From the NCBI GenBank assembly GCA_958296135.2, contig CATQHZ020000001.1, positions 4,288,001 through 4,352,000 of the forward strand: a DNA stretch of 64,000 nucleotides, in the 5' to 3' direction. This DNA is from an uncultured Poribacteria bacterium. Its GTDB lineage: Bacteria; Poribacteria; WGA-4E; WGA-3G. A program made the translations under genes and the position numbers. Each line of letters starts with the position of its first letter. Position 1 is the stretch's first letter. Under the pieces are notes generated by a model, which saw only the letters and a list, made by a program, of their open reading frames with translations, did no database searches and was not told where the DNA came from. Positions 52,257 through 60,451 of this stretch are shown here, one piece after another.

Positions 52257-52640
52257 TTAAGACAATAGTTTCTCTATCATCTCATCTATTTTCTTCCATT
52301 TCCATTCGATCAAGTCGCCAGCATCGTGGACTCTGCTGTAACTTCCATCCTGAGGGATAATCTGAAATCTGGGTTTGTCTAACCCCGCGGCGATCTGAAC
52401 CTCTTCTTTGACACCGGGCGCATTATGCGTATCTTGTCGCACGATAACTATCACGATGTCAGATTTACGAATCTGTTTTTCGGCTTTTTCCACCCAATCG
52501 TCGTTTGGATGATATGCCTCTTGAAGGGAATAATCCCGAAGAGCATAGCAAGAGTTTTCCTTGCCCTGCCCGAAAAAACTTCCATGGAGTTCTTTGTCTT
52601 TGTCAAACGCAAAACTCACGAACACACGAACCGTAGCCAT
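52257..52640 (-). CDS. Stand-alone TIR-like (DUF1863/ThsB-like) protein
   Basis: RVFVSF, D.S, I..SD.VIVIV..DT..A.GV..EV.IA; GGAGG RBS. Confidence 0.75.
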   Translation of the reverse strand: MATVRVFVSFAFDKDKELHGSFFGQGKENSCYALRDYSLQEAYHPNDDWVEKAEKQIRKSDIVIVIVRQDTHNAPGVKEEVQIAAGLDKPRFQIIPQDGSYSRVHDAGDLIEWKWKKIDEMIEKLLS

Positions 52641-52745
52641 ATCTCACTACCTCCTTAATGTTATTGCGAGGCTGCTATGACGACTCTGAACCTGACTATC
52701 TCTCTATGGGGAATGCCCGCCCCACCGATGGGACGGGCAATGCGC

Positions 52746-53642
52746 TTACTTTTTCGCTTGTACCTTGAGTCGGCCGAAGATGAATTCACACGCTTGATAC
52801 TTTTTCCGATTATCGATGTAGCAACTCAATTTCCGTAAGTCACGCCCGTCGATAACCCAGTTGTTATCTAAATCCATCCCTCTGAGCCGGTCAATAGAAT
52901 CACGAGGTTCCCAAGAGGCAAAGGCGCGGTTTAGATACTCACCGTAGTTGTCAATGACGTGACGTAAATCCGCGTTGTCAACGCGCCCACTGTAATCCAC
53001 ATCGCCGTTTGAGCGTTGGTGAACCAACCGAGTGTTGAAGACACGGATTGAGTTTGGCTCTGGCGACAGGTTAGGTTCGTAGTAATACTTATCCGGGCCA
53101 GGCTCATAAAACAGTTGGATTCGCACGAACTCGACTTTCGGGTTGACACCCGGTGTGAGAATGCGTATGTTCCTAAACTTCAGGGTGACGAGCGTTCCTG
53201 AAACTTTTCGGTTAGGATTTCCACCATCTACCTGCACGGAATCCAGACCATGGACATGGATGAGTCGTTCCTGAAACCATGTCCGGTCTCTCCGATGGAG
53301 CCCTGCCGACAAGTTCCTGTCATAAACGCCTGCCGTAAAGAACCCTTTTTTGGGCGCGGCCACCTCATCAAATATCAGCACTTCGGGTGGATAGCGGAAG
53401 TCAATCTGGAATCCGACTATCCGTCTACGTTCCACGTCCTGATATGCATTCAGAATTTCAACATCGATTGAGAATTCCTGAAAGTTTTTATTCGGTAGCA
53501 CGGTTTGGTAGTCCTTGAAAAACACCACAGGATCGGTGTGTTCCAAGACACGTGGATATTGTGCGCAGACTGAATTCACTCCAATCAGAATCAAGCTGGC
53601 AATGATTGCACTGCACAGCATGGCGTTTAGCATTTGTTTCAT
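52746..53642 (-). CDS. Secreted cohesin-like plus dockerin-like protein
   Basis: GFQIDFRY, SGTLVTLKFR; two EF-hand-like repeats GDVDYSGRVDNADL and DLDNNWVIDGRDL. Confidence 0.65.
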   Translation of the reverse strand: MKQMLNAMLCSAIIASLILIGVNSVCAQYPRVLEHTDPVVFFKDYQTVLPNKNFQEFSIDVEILNAYQDVERRRIVGFQIDFRYPPEVLIFDEVAAPKKGFFTAGVYDRNLSAGLHRRDRTWFQERLIHVHGLDSVQVDGGNPNRKVSGTLVTLKFRNIRILTPGVNPKVEFVRIQLFYEPGPDKYYYEPNLSPEPNSIRVFNTRLVHQRSNGDVDYSGRVDNADLRHVIDNYGEYLNRAFASWEPRDSIDRLRGMDLDNNWVIDGRDLRKLSCYIDNRKKYQACEFIFGRLKVQAKK

Positions 53643-53696
53643 GTTCAACCTCCGTATAGAGAATGCCCGCCCCACCGATGGGACAAGCGGTTGTTA

Positions 53697-54251
53697 TTAA
53701 TCAACAGGTTTCGGCTCACCTACTTCCGTCTTCGGTTTATATAGGCGCGGATCGATCGGATTATCCAACAAACGCCACCGCTCTCGCCGATTCATTATCC
53801 TATCTCGCAACTTATAGCGTCTGATGTTGCGCAGCACGATTGCACCTTTTTCATATCTTGATACCGTGCCTTCCACCCAAATGATGTCATTGGGACGAAC
53901 ATCGGATGGGAGCCTGTTGAGTTCCGTAGTTGTCAGTTCGATGCAGACACTCTGCACTTTCTGCGTTCGACTTTGCATCGGATCTCCGATTTCAAAATAG
54001 ATGCGGTGAAGCTCCCCTTCAGATTCTGCCTTCCAGACTCTGCCGAATCCTTTGCAAATCTTGCCCGAGTATTCCCACTGTGCAGCCAATCGATTGGTTG
54101 CAAAGGCGCGATAGATTTGACGTGCATCAAATGCCTTATCATAATCTCTAAAACTTTCGCCAGCTTTGCCAGGAACCGGCGTGGACATACATCCGCTCAT
54201 GCTTATCACAATCACCGCGCCGAGGAGCATGGCGTTCAACATTCGTGTCAT
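53697..54251 (-). CDS. Lipoprotein with tRNA_anti-like OB fold
   Basis: Lipobox-like MSGC; DA.QIY.AF..N.LAA...YSGK...G.V and D.I.VEG pattern. Confidence 0.6.
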   Translation of the reverse strand: MTRMLNAMLLGAVIVISMSGCMSTPVPGKAGESFRDYDKAFDARQIYRAFATNRLAAQWEYSGKICKGFGRVWKAESEGELHRIYFEIGDPMQSRTQKVQSVCIELTTTELNRLPSDVRPNDIIWVEGTVSRYEKGAIVLRNIRRYKLRDRIMNRRERWRLLDNPIDPRLYKPKTEVGEPKPVD

Positions 54252-54376
54252 GTTAACCTCTTGTGAAGGATGCCCGCCCCGCAACGGGGATGGGCAGTTG
54301 TTATTAATCAACAGGTTTCGGCATTGCCACCGTGCCGATGCGGAGACGTGCATCGCGTTTGAGTCCTTGTCATATA

Positions 54377-54405
54377 ATAATACTACAAATCCATCGAAAT
54401 GTCAA
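54377..54405 (-). promoter_or_regulatory. Sigma70 promoter for the lipoprotein-cohesin-TIR array
   Basis: TTGACA-17bp-TATTAT on the minus strand. Confidence 0.65.
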
Positions 54406-54648
54406 ATTTTTCTGATGTTTTTTTACAACATGGCACGGAAAATGTTCAAAACGGCTGAAAATCCTGCATTTGCGGGAAAAATTGGCAGATGTTGGGTGAG
54501 AGGTGTCGCGCGTCGCACCTATTTTCGGTGGATGTGTCTTTTTGAGACAGCCCTCAGAAATATCCCGATTTCATTCTGGCACTTCACGCGAGCCCGACTT
54601 ACGTCCGGAAGGGCAAAAATGGAATCCTGAATGGCTCTGAAAACGTGC

Positions 54649-54677
54649 TTGACTTTTTTTATCGGATGTGGTATCCT
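54649..54677 (+). promoter_or_regulatory. Sigma70 promoter
   Basis: TTGACT-17bp-TATCCT with extended TG. Confidence 0.5.
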
Positions 54678-54771
54678 AACCTTCTAACGTTTTATTTGTA
54701 GGGGCGGATATAGAAATCCGCCTTTACAGATTGGCGAAATTTGGTATAACACAAGCATGGAGGAATCCATC

Positions 54772-55542
54772 ATGAAATCGCTCAGTATCAGCATCGCACT
54801 GCTCTTCTGTCTTTGCGCCGTTTCATCCGCATTAGAACCCGATGACCCGGCCATCGCCGGCGTATGGCTCTTTGAAGGCAACGTTAAGGACGCGACAGAC
54901 AACGGCAACGATGGAAAAATCGCCGGCAACTTTAAGTTTGAGGCCGGCAAATTTGGAAAGGCTATCATCGCCGCTGGCGGTGGCAGTATTGATGTCCAAG
55001 ATTCAAAAAGCCTGCAGAGTGTCAAAGATGGGTTGACTGTCGCCGCCTGGTTCCGGGTGGATGCCGACTCAGACACGGGTGTCAGGAAAAACGGCGCGTA
55101 TCTGCTAGAGGACCAGTCTGGTGGGGAGCCGGTGCCTGACGGGTTCTCCTTCCGCGTCTGGACAGACAACGGCATTACGCCCGGTTTCTACGGCAAGACT
55201 GAATTGGAGCAGAAGAAGTGGTATCACATCGCTGGCACCTACGATGGGACGAACGTTGAGATGTATGTTGATGGCGAACCCGAGAGCGTCAAAGGCGCGC
55301 TGTCTGCCGACAAAGCTGCTTGGAAACCCGAGTGGGGTGGGAAGGTTGCGGTGGGCGAGGTGTTGCAGCTCAAATTCGGGCCGGAGCAGTTTACCGGTGG
55401 TATTGACGAAGTCGTCATTCTCAGTCGCGCGCTGGAGGCGGAGGAGATTCAGCAGTTGCTCAACGGTTGGGAGGATGCGTTCGCCGTTGAGCCGGATGGA
55501 AAATTAGCGACGACGTGGGGCCGGATGAAGACTCTCCGGTAA
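54772..55542 (+). CDS. Secreted LamG domain protein
   Basis: GVWLFEG, WYHIAGTYDG, GGIDEV; C-terminal AVEPDGKLATTW; GGAGG RBS. Confidence 0.85.
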   Translation: MKSLSISIALLFCLCAVSSALEPDDPAIAGVWLFEGNVKDATDNGNDGKIAGNFKFEAGKFGKAIIAAGGGSIDVQDSKSLQSVKDGLTVAAWFRVDADSDTGVRKNGAYLLEDQSGGEPVPDGFSFRVWTDNGITPGFYGKTELEQKKWYHIAGTYDGTNVEMYVDGEPESVKGALSADKAAWKPEWGGKVAVGEVLQLKFGPEQFTGGIDEVVILSRALEAEEIQQLLNGWEDAFAVEPDGKLATTWGRMKTLR

Positions 55543-55671
55543 TTGCATCGCCGGGCATATTTTGCGTTTGATGTGCAGGGATGGCTGGAGAGGTTGCCCC
55601 TGCACATCAAATCAGGTAGCCACACGAGGATGACGAAAATTTCCGGGATAGGTAAAAGGAAACAAAACCGC

Positions 55672-56613
55672 ATGACTCAAAAAACTGCATTCATCTACCA
55701 CCCCGAATCCCTGAACCACGACACCGGCCCCAACCACCCCGAACGCCCAAACCGACTCCGGGCCAGTCTCGCCGCGCTGCAGAAAAGCAACGCGTGGGAA
55801 CAACTCCACTTAATTGAACCGCCGCACGCCACCCTCGCGCAACTTCGCTACGCGCACGCACCAAACTATAGCGAACATATACGAAAGCACTGCGAACAAG
55901 AAATCCCCCTAACCTACGATACGCCTGTCGTCCAAGCATCGTTTGACATCGCGCGGCTTTCGACAGGCGGCGTGCTGCAGGCGGCAAAGGCAGTCGCAAC
56001 AGGCACGGTGAAAAATGCGTTCGCCCTCGTGCGGCCGCCCGGACACCACGCTACGCCTAATCGGAGCATGGGGTTCTGTCTGTTCAATAACATCGCCATC
56101 GCGGCGCGCTCCCTCCAACGCGAACACGGGTTCGGCAAAATCGCCATTGTGGATTGGGATGTCCATCACGGCAACGGCACACAAGACATCTTTTATGAAG
56201 ACGCTTCCGTGTTCTTTTTCTCTATCCACGAATCGCCACTCTATCCGGGTACTGGCGCAAGGAATGAACGTGGTTATGGACACGGACGCGGCATGACGCT
56301 CAACGTGCCGATGCGCAGCAGAAGTGGAGACAGCGAATACATCACTGTCTTCGAGGATATCCTCCTGCCTGCGTTACGGAAGTTTTCACCGGAGATTCTC
56401 CTCATCTCGGCAGGATTTGACGCGCACCACCGCGATCTGCTCTCTTCAACGGAAGTCACCGCGGCAGGGTTTGCAACGCTGACTGACTTGATTCTTGCAG
56501 CCGCTGAAGAAACCGCATCCGGCCGTGTTGTCTCGGCGTTGGAGGGAGGCTATAGTTTAGAGGGGCTCTCTGAAGCTGTCGTGGCGCATGTGGAACGGTT
56601 GGCGGCCCAATAG
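55672..56613 (+). CDS. Histone deacetylase family protein
   Basis: HPERP.R, RPPGHHA, GFCLFNN, DWDVHHGNGT, SAGFD, LEGGY. Confidence 0.93.
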   Translation: MTQKTAFIYHPESLNHDTGPNHPERPNRLRASLAALQKSNAWEQLHLIEPPHATLAQLRYAHAPNYSEHIRKHCEQEIPLTYDTPVVQASFDIARLSTGGVLQAAKAVATGTVKNAFALVRPPGHHATPNRSMGFCLFNNIAIAARSLQREHGFGKIAIVDWDVHHGNGTQDIFYEDASVFFFSIHESPLYPGTGARNERGYGHGRGMTLNVPMRSRSGDSEYITVFEDILLPALRKFSPEILLISAGFDAHHRDLLSSTEVTAAGFATLTDLILAAAEETASGRVVSALEGGYSLEGLSEAVVAHVERLAAQ

Positions 56614-56654
56614 CGCGGTTACAAAGCGTGCCTACCGGTAGTTATGAGGGCTGT

Positions 56655-57497
56655 CTACATTTTCTTTCCAATATGGATGGCGACGATGCCGAACGTCTTC
56701 CGATAAAACTGCACATCCGTTAGCCCGCATTTTTCCATCATTTCTTTCAACGCGTCGCAATTCGGGAAGCGCATGACAGAACGAGGGAGATAGCCGTAAG
56801 CATCGTCTTTATTGCGCGAGATGAGATTGCCAAGGAACGGCAAGATGCGCTTGAAATAGAAATAGTAGAGTTGTCGGAACAAGGGGTTCACGGGTTGCGT
56901 AAATTCCAAGATGGCGATTCTACCGCCCGGCACCGCGACGCGCGTCATCTCGCGGATACCCAGTTCCAGATTTCTGGACACCGATTCGGTGATGAAGGAG
57001 GGCAGCTCAGGAAAACCTGCGCTGCGAGGTAGAGACGTAACGGGTTGGGCATCTGAGTCCTGTTGAGGGTTCTGGGCGAATTCTGCGTTTGCGACGTTCC
57101 GAATGCCGAAGCCTACCGAGACAATGTCAAAGGTGTTGTCCAGAAACGGGAGTGTGAAGGTATCCGCTGCAATAAACGGCGCGCTGGTGCCCCGACGCGC
57201 CACCTTTTGATTTCCCACGACTAACATCTCAAGGCAGAAATCTGAACCGATAACGGTGCCGCCCTCATTAACCCCGGTAGGCGCGCTTTGCAAGCGCGCG
57301 AGTTCCTCCGCGTAGGCGAGGGCCAACTCACCCGTGCCGGTGCAGACATCCAGCACCTTGCTTTTCGGCGTGACGCGGCTTGCCTTCACCGTCTCGCGCC
57401 GCCACATCGTATCGCGCCTGAGACTTAGGAGCGAATTGAGGAAGTCATAGTGGCGCGCGATGCGGGCAAAGAGGTTTTTGATTCGGTTTGCGTGCAT
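56655..57497 (-). CDS. menG: Demethylmenaquinone/UbiE-type methyltransferase
   Basis: F.RIA.HYD.LN, LDVCTGTG, GFGIRNV, ILEF, Y.YL..S. Confidence 0.85.
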   Translation of the reverse strand: MHANRIKNLFARIARHYDFLNSLLSLRRDTMWRRETVKASRVTPKSKVLDVCTGTGELALAYAEELARLQSAPTGVNEGGTVIGSDFCLEMLVVGNQKVARRGTSAPFIAADTFTLPFLDNTFDIVSVGFGIRNVANAEFAQNPQQDSDAQPVTSLPRSAGFPELPSFITESVSRNLELGIREMTRVAVPGGRIAILEFTQPVNPLFRQLYYFYFKRILPFLGNLISRNKDDAYGYLPRSVMRFPNCDALKEMMEKCGLTDVQFYRKTFGIVAIHIGKKM

Positions 57498-57930
57498 CGT
57501 CTCTATCCGTTGTGAACCGTGCTTATACCGGGTTAATCTTTCTTCCGATGCGGCGGCAGCGGCAGATATTTCCGCCCCTCTTTCCGCCGTTTTTCTCCTT
57601 GCGCTGCCAAATACTCGTAGAGTTCGTCAAGGTCCTTGAACTGCGCGTTGAACTCCCGTTTCATCTGGTAGCATTAATACATTGAGCGTCGTCTGTGCAG
57701 GACTTAACATTGTCTCTTACCTCCTCTTCAGCCACGCATCATACCCGGCATGCGTGAGCACACGATGGATTGTCACCCGCTCACGCTATTTAGGATACCA
57801 CATCAACATTTAATTTCCAAGATAAAATCTACAGGCCGTACGCAAATTCCGAAAACGCCCGTTCAGTAGGCGCGCTTTGATGACACTTCAGTACGAAATC
57901 GGACGATTCTGAATTTTCATGAAAGCGCGC

Positions 57931-60384
57931 CTACAGCCGCAATTCCGCACCCAACTCCCGATTGAGACGCTGAACCACCTTCTCATGGAGCCGGTTAACC
58001 GCTTTGTCTGTCAACGTCTCGGTTGCGGAATGATACGCAATCGTATAGGCAAGGCTCTTCTTGCCCGCCGGCACCGGGTCGCCGACATAGAGGTCGAACA
58101 ACAGCACGGATTCTACCAACTCGCCGCCTGTCGCATAGATGAGGGCTATCGGTTCGTCTGCCGGAATGTCGGCATCCAGCACAATCGCCAAGTCACGTTG
58201 GACTTTCGGATAGATGGAAATCGGTTCAAAGCGTTTGGAGAACGCAGCGGCTTCCGAGAGTACCCCCAGGTCGAATTCAAAAAGGTATGCCTTGTAGGGC
58301 AAATCGTAGTTTTCAAGAACGCTCGGGTGCGCTTCGCCGAAGATACCGAGTCGCGACCGGGAGGGCGAACCTACCAGCACTTGTGCATTGCGGCCGGGAT
58401 GGAAGGTGGGTTCATCGGTTCGCGCAAGCGTGTAATCGACGATGCCGCACACTTCCAGCAGGCCCTCCACGATGCCTTTGATGTCAAAGAAATCAGGAGC
58501 GCGATAGGCATCGCCGTAGACACCGCCGCCAATGTCACCAGCGAGAATGCCTGCCACGCGCGCCGGTTCATCAATGCCACACGCAGCAGTAGGGGGGCTT
58601 GGCACGCGCGCATCCCCCACTAGGAACACCGTGGACACCTCAAATAACGCAATAGTGTTGATTTGGTGATTGTGGTTGTGCCGCGCATTTTCAAGCAGAC
58701 TCGGCAATAGCGTCGTGCGGAGTACGGACATCTCCGGGCTCAGTGGGTTTCGCAACTGCACTGCCTCACGACGCGCGTCTTTTTCACCCAGGCGGAGCCT
58801 GTCAAAGCAACTCGGAGCACAAAAACTATAGTTTACCGCCTCCATCATCCCCGATGCCAGCAGAAAACGCTTGACGCACCGATGAACTTCCAGCTTGACA
58901 TCTGGTTCCGGCATCGGAATATCCCCTTTGGGCAACGTCGTCGGGATGTTATCGTAGCCGTAGACGCGGGCGATTTCTTCAACCAGATCGATCTCGCGGG
59001 TAACATCCGCGCGGAACGTCGGCACGGTAACCTGATAGGTGTCAGCATCACTATGCTCAATGTGAAAACCGAGGCGCGTTAAAATCTCCACCATCTCTGT
59101 CGCTTTAATCTCGGTGCCTAAGACGAAATTGACGCGCGCCGGCCGAAGTTGCATCTGGCATGGCGGCACTTCGCCCGGATAGACATCAACAGCCCCTTCA
59201 CAGAGGGTGCCACCGGCGAGTTCAACGATGAGATGTGCCGCCCGGTCCAGCGCAACGATGACTGCCCCCGGGTCCGTGCCGCGCTCAAATCGGTAGGATG
59301 CATCCGTGTGGATGCCTAACGCCTTTGAGGTGGCGCGGACACTAGCGGGATTGAAATAGGCACTCTCCAGGAGCACATCGCGCGTCTCTTCCGTGATTTC
59401 CGAATCGTAGCCGCCCATGATGCCCGCGAGTGCCACCGGCTCTTCGGCATCGGCAATGACGAGCATGTCGGGAGTGAGTGCCCGTTCAACTTCATCAAGC
59501 GTTGTTATCCGTTCGCCTGCCGCCGCCCGGCGCACAACGATGCGGTTCTCGGCGAGCTTGTGATAATCAAAGGCATGAAGCGGTTGCCCATATTCCATCA
59601 GCACAAAATTCGTCACATCAACGATGTTGTTGATAACGCCTACGCCTACAGATTTCAACCGACGCTGAAGCCATTCGGGAGAGGGGCCGATTTTAACGCC
59701 TTGAATAACGCGCGCAGCATAGCGCGGGCAAAGCGCGGGCGCAGCGATGGACACCGAAGTGGTTTCTCGGATATCAGGCCCGCTAGCGTGCTTAAAAAGC
59801 GCGCCTACGGAGTCTGGCAGCTTCAGCGGATTACCGGTATCGGCGCGGATTTCGCGCGCCACGCCAATAAGACTGAGGCAATCGGCGCGATTCGGCGTAA
59901 TCTCTAACTGCATGACGACATCGTCTAATCCTAACGCCTCGGCAAGCGGAGTGCCGGGGGAAAGGGCTGACGGTAATTCCATGAGGCCCGCGGCATCGTC
60001 TGAGATACCGAGCTCTTTTTCGGAGCAGAGCATTCCGTGAGATTCGGTGCCGCGCAGTTTGGCACGTTTGATTGTCAAACCGCTCGGCAATTCCGTGCCG
60101 ATAGTTGCAACCGGGGCCAGCATGCCTTCCCGCGCGTTCGGTGCCCCGCACACAATCTGGAGCACTGCTGCCTCGCCGACATCTACCCGGCAAACCACCA
60201 ATTTATCAGCATTCGGATGCCGGGTAATCGCGTTCACTTTGCCCACGACTACACCCGCAAGTTCGGCACCGAGGTGCCGCATCGATTCAACTTCAATGCC
60301 GAGCATTGTCAAGCGTTCGGCCAGTTTGCTGGGGGAAAGCGCGAAATCGATATAGGTTTTTAGCCAATTGAAGGTTACGTGCAT
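57931..60384 (-). CDS. pheT: Phenylalanine--tRNA ligase beta subunit
   Basis: HPNADKL, IVCGAPN, ITPNRADC, GQPLHAFD, RFERG, EIDLVEE, RDLA, GKKSLA. Confidence 0.98.
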   Translation of the reverse strand: MHVTFNWLKTYIDFALSPSKLAERLTMLGIEVESMRHLGAELAGVVVGKVNAITRHPNADKLVVCRVDVGEAAVLQIVCGAPNAREGMLAPVATIGTELPSGLTIKRAKLRGTESHGMLCSEKELGISDDAAGLMELPSALSPGTPLAEALGLDDVVMQLEITPNRADCLSLIGVAREIRADTGNPLKLPDSVGALFKHASGPDIRETTSVSIAAPALCPRYAARVIQGVKIGPSPEWLQRRLKSVGVGVINNIVDVTNFVLMEYGQPLHAFDYHKLAENRIVVRRAAAGERITTLDEVERALTPDMLVIADAEEPVALAGIMGGYDSEITEETRDVLLESAYFNPASVRATSKALGIHTDASYRFERGTDPGAVIVALDRAAHLIVELAGGTLCEGAVDVYPGEVPPCQMQLRPARVNFVLGTEIKATEMVEILTRLGFHIEHSDADTYQVTVPTFRADVTREIDLVEEIARVYGYDNIPTTLPKGDIPMPEPDVKLEVHRCVKRFLLASGMMEAVNYSFCAPSCFDRLRLGEKDARREAVQLRNPLSPEMSVLRTTLLPSLLENARHNHNHQINTIALFEVSTVFLVGDARVPSPPTAACGIDEPARVAGILAGDIGGGVYGDAYRAPDFFDIKGIVEGLLEVCGIVDYTLARTDEPTFHPGRNAQVLVGSPSRSRLGIFGEAHPSVLENYDLPYKAYLFEFDLGVLSEAAAFSKRFEPISIYPKVQRDLAIVLDADIPADEPIALIYATGGELVESVLLFDLYVGDPVPAGKKSLAYTIAYHSATETLTDKAVNRLHEKVVQRLNRELGAELRL

Positions 60385-60451
60385 AAATCAGAATCCTCCC
60401 TTTTCCAGAGTGCATAACGGACAGATATAGCAATCTGTCCTGACAGGTGTC

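Noticed and set aside
51755-52374. Diversity-generating retroelement template/variable repeat pair
   Set aside because: Only 1-2 substitutions, no reverse transcriptase in the window, and no consistent adenine-specific pattern
52711-54322. Integron attC sites
   Set aside because: Hairpins are ~30 bp, lack a paired RYYYAAC/GTTRRRY core, and no integrase is present
56970-57086. Intein in MenG
   Set aside because: Too short and lacks intein terminal motifs
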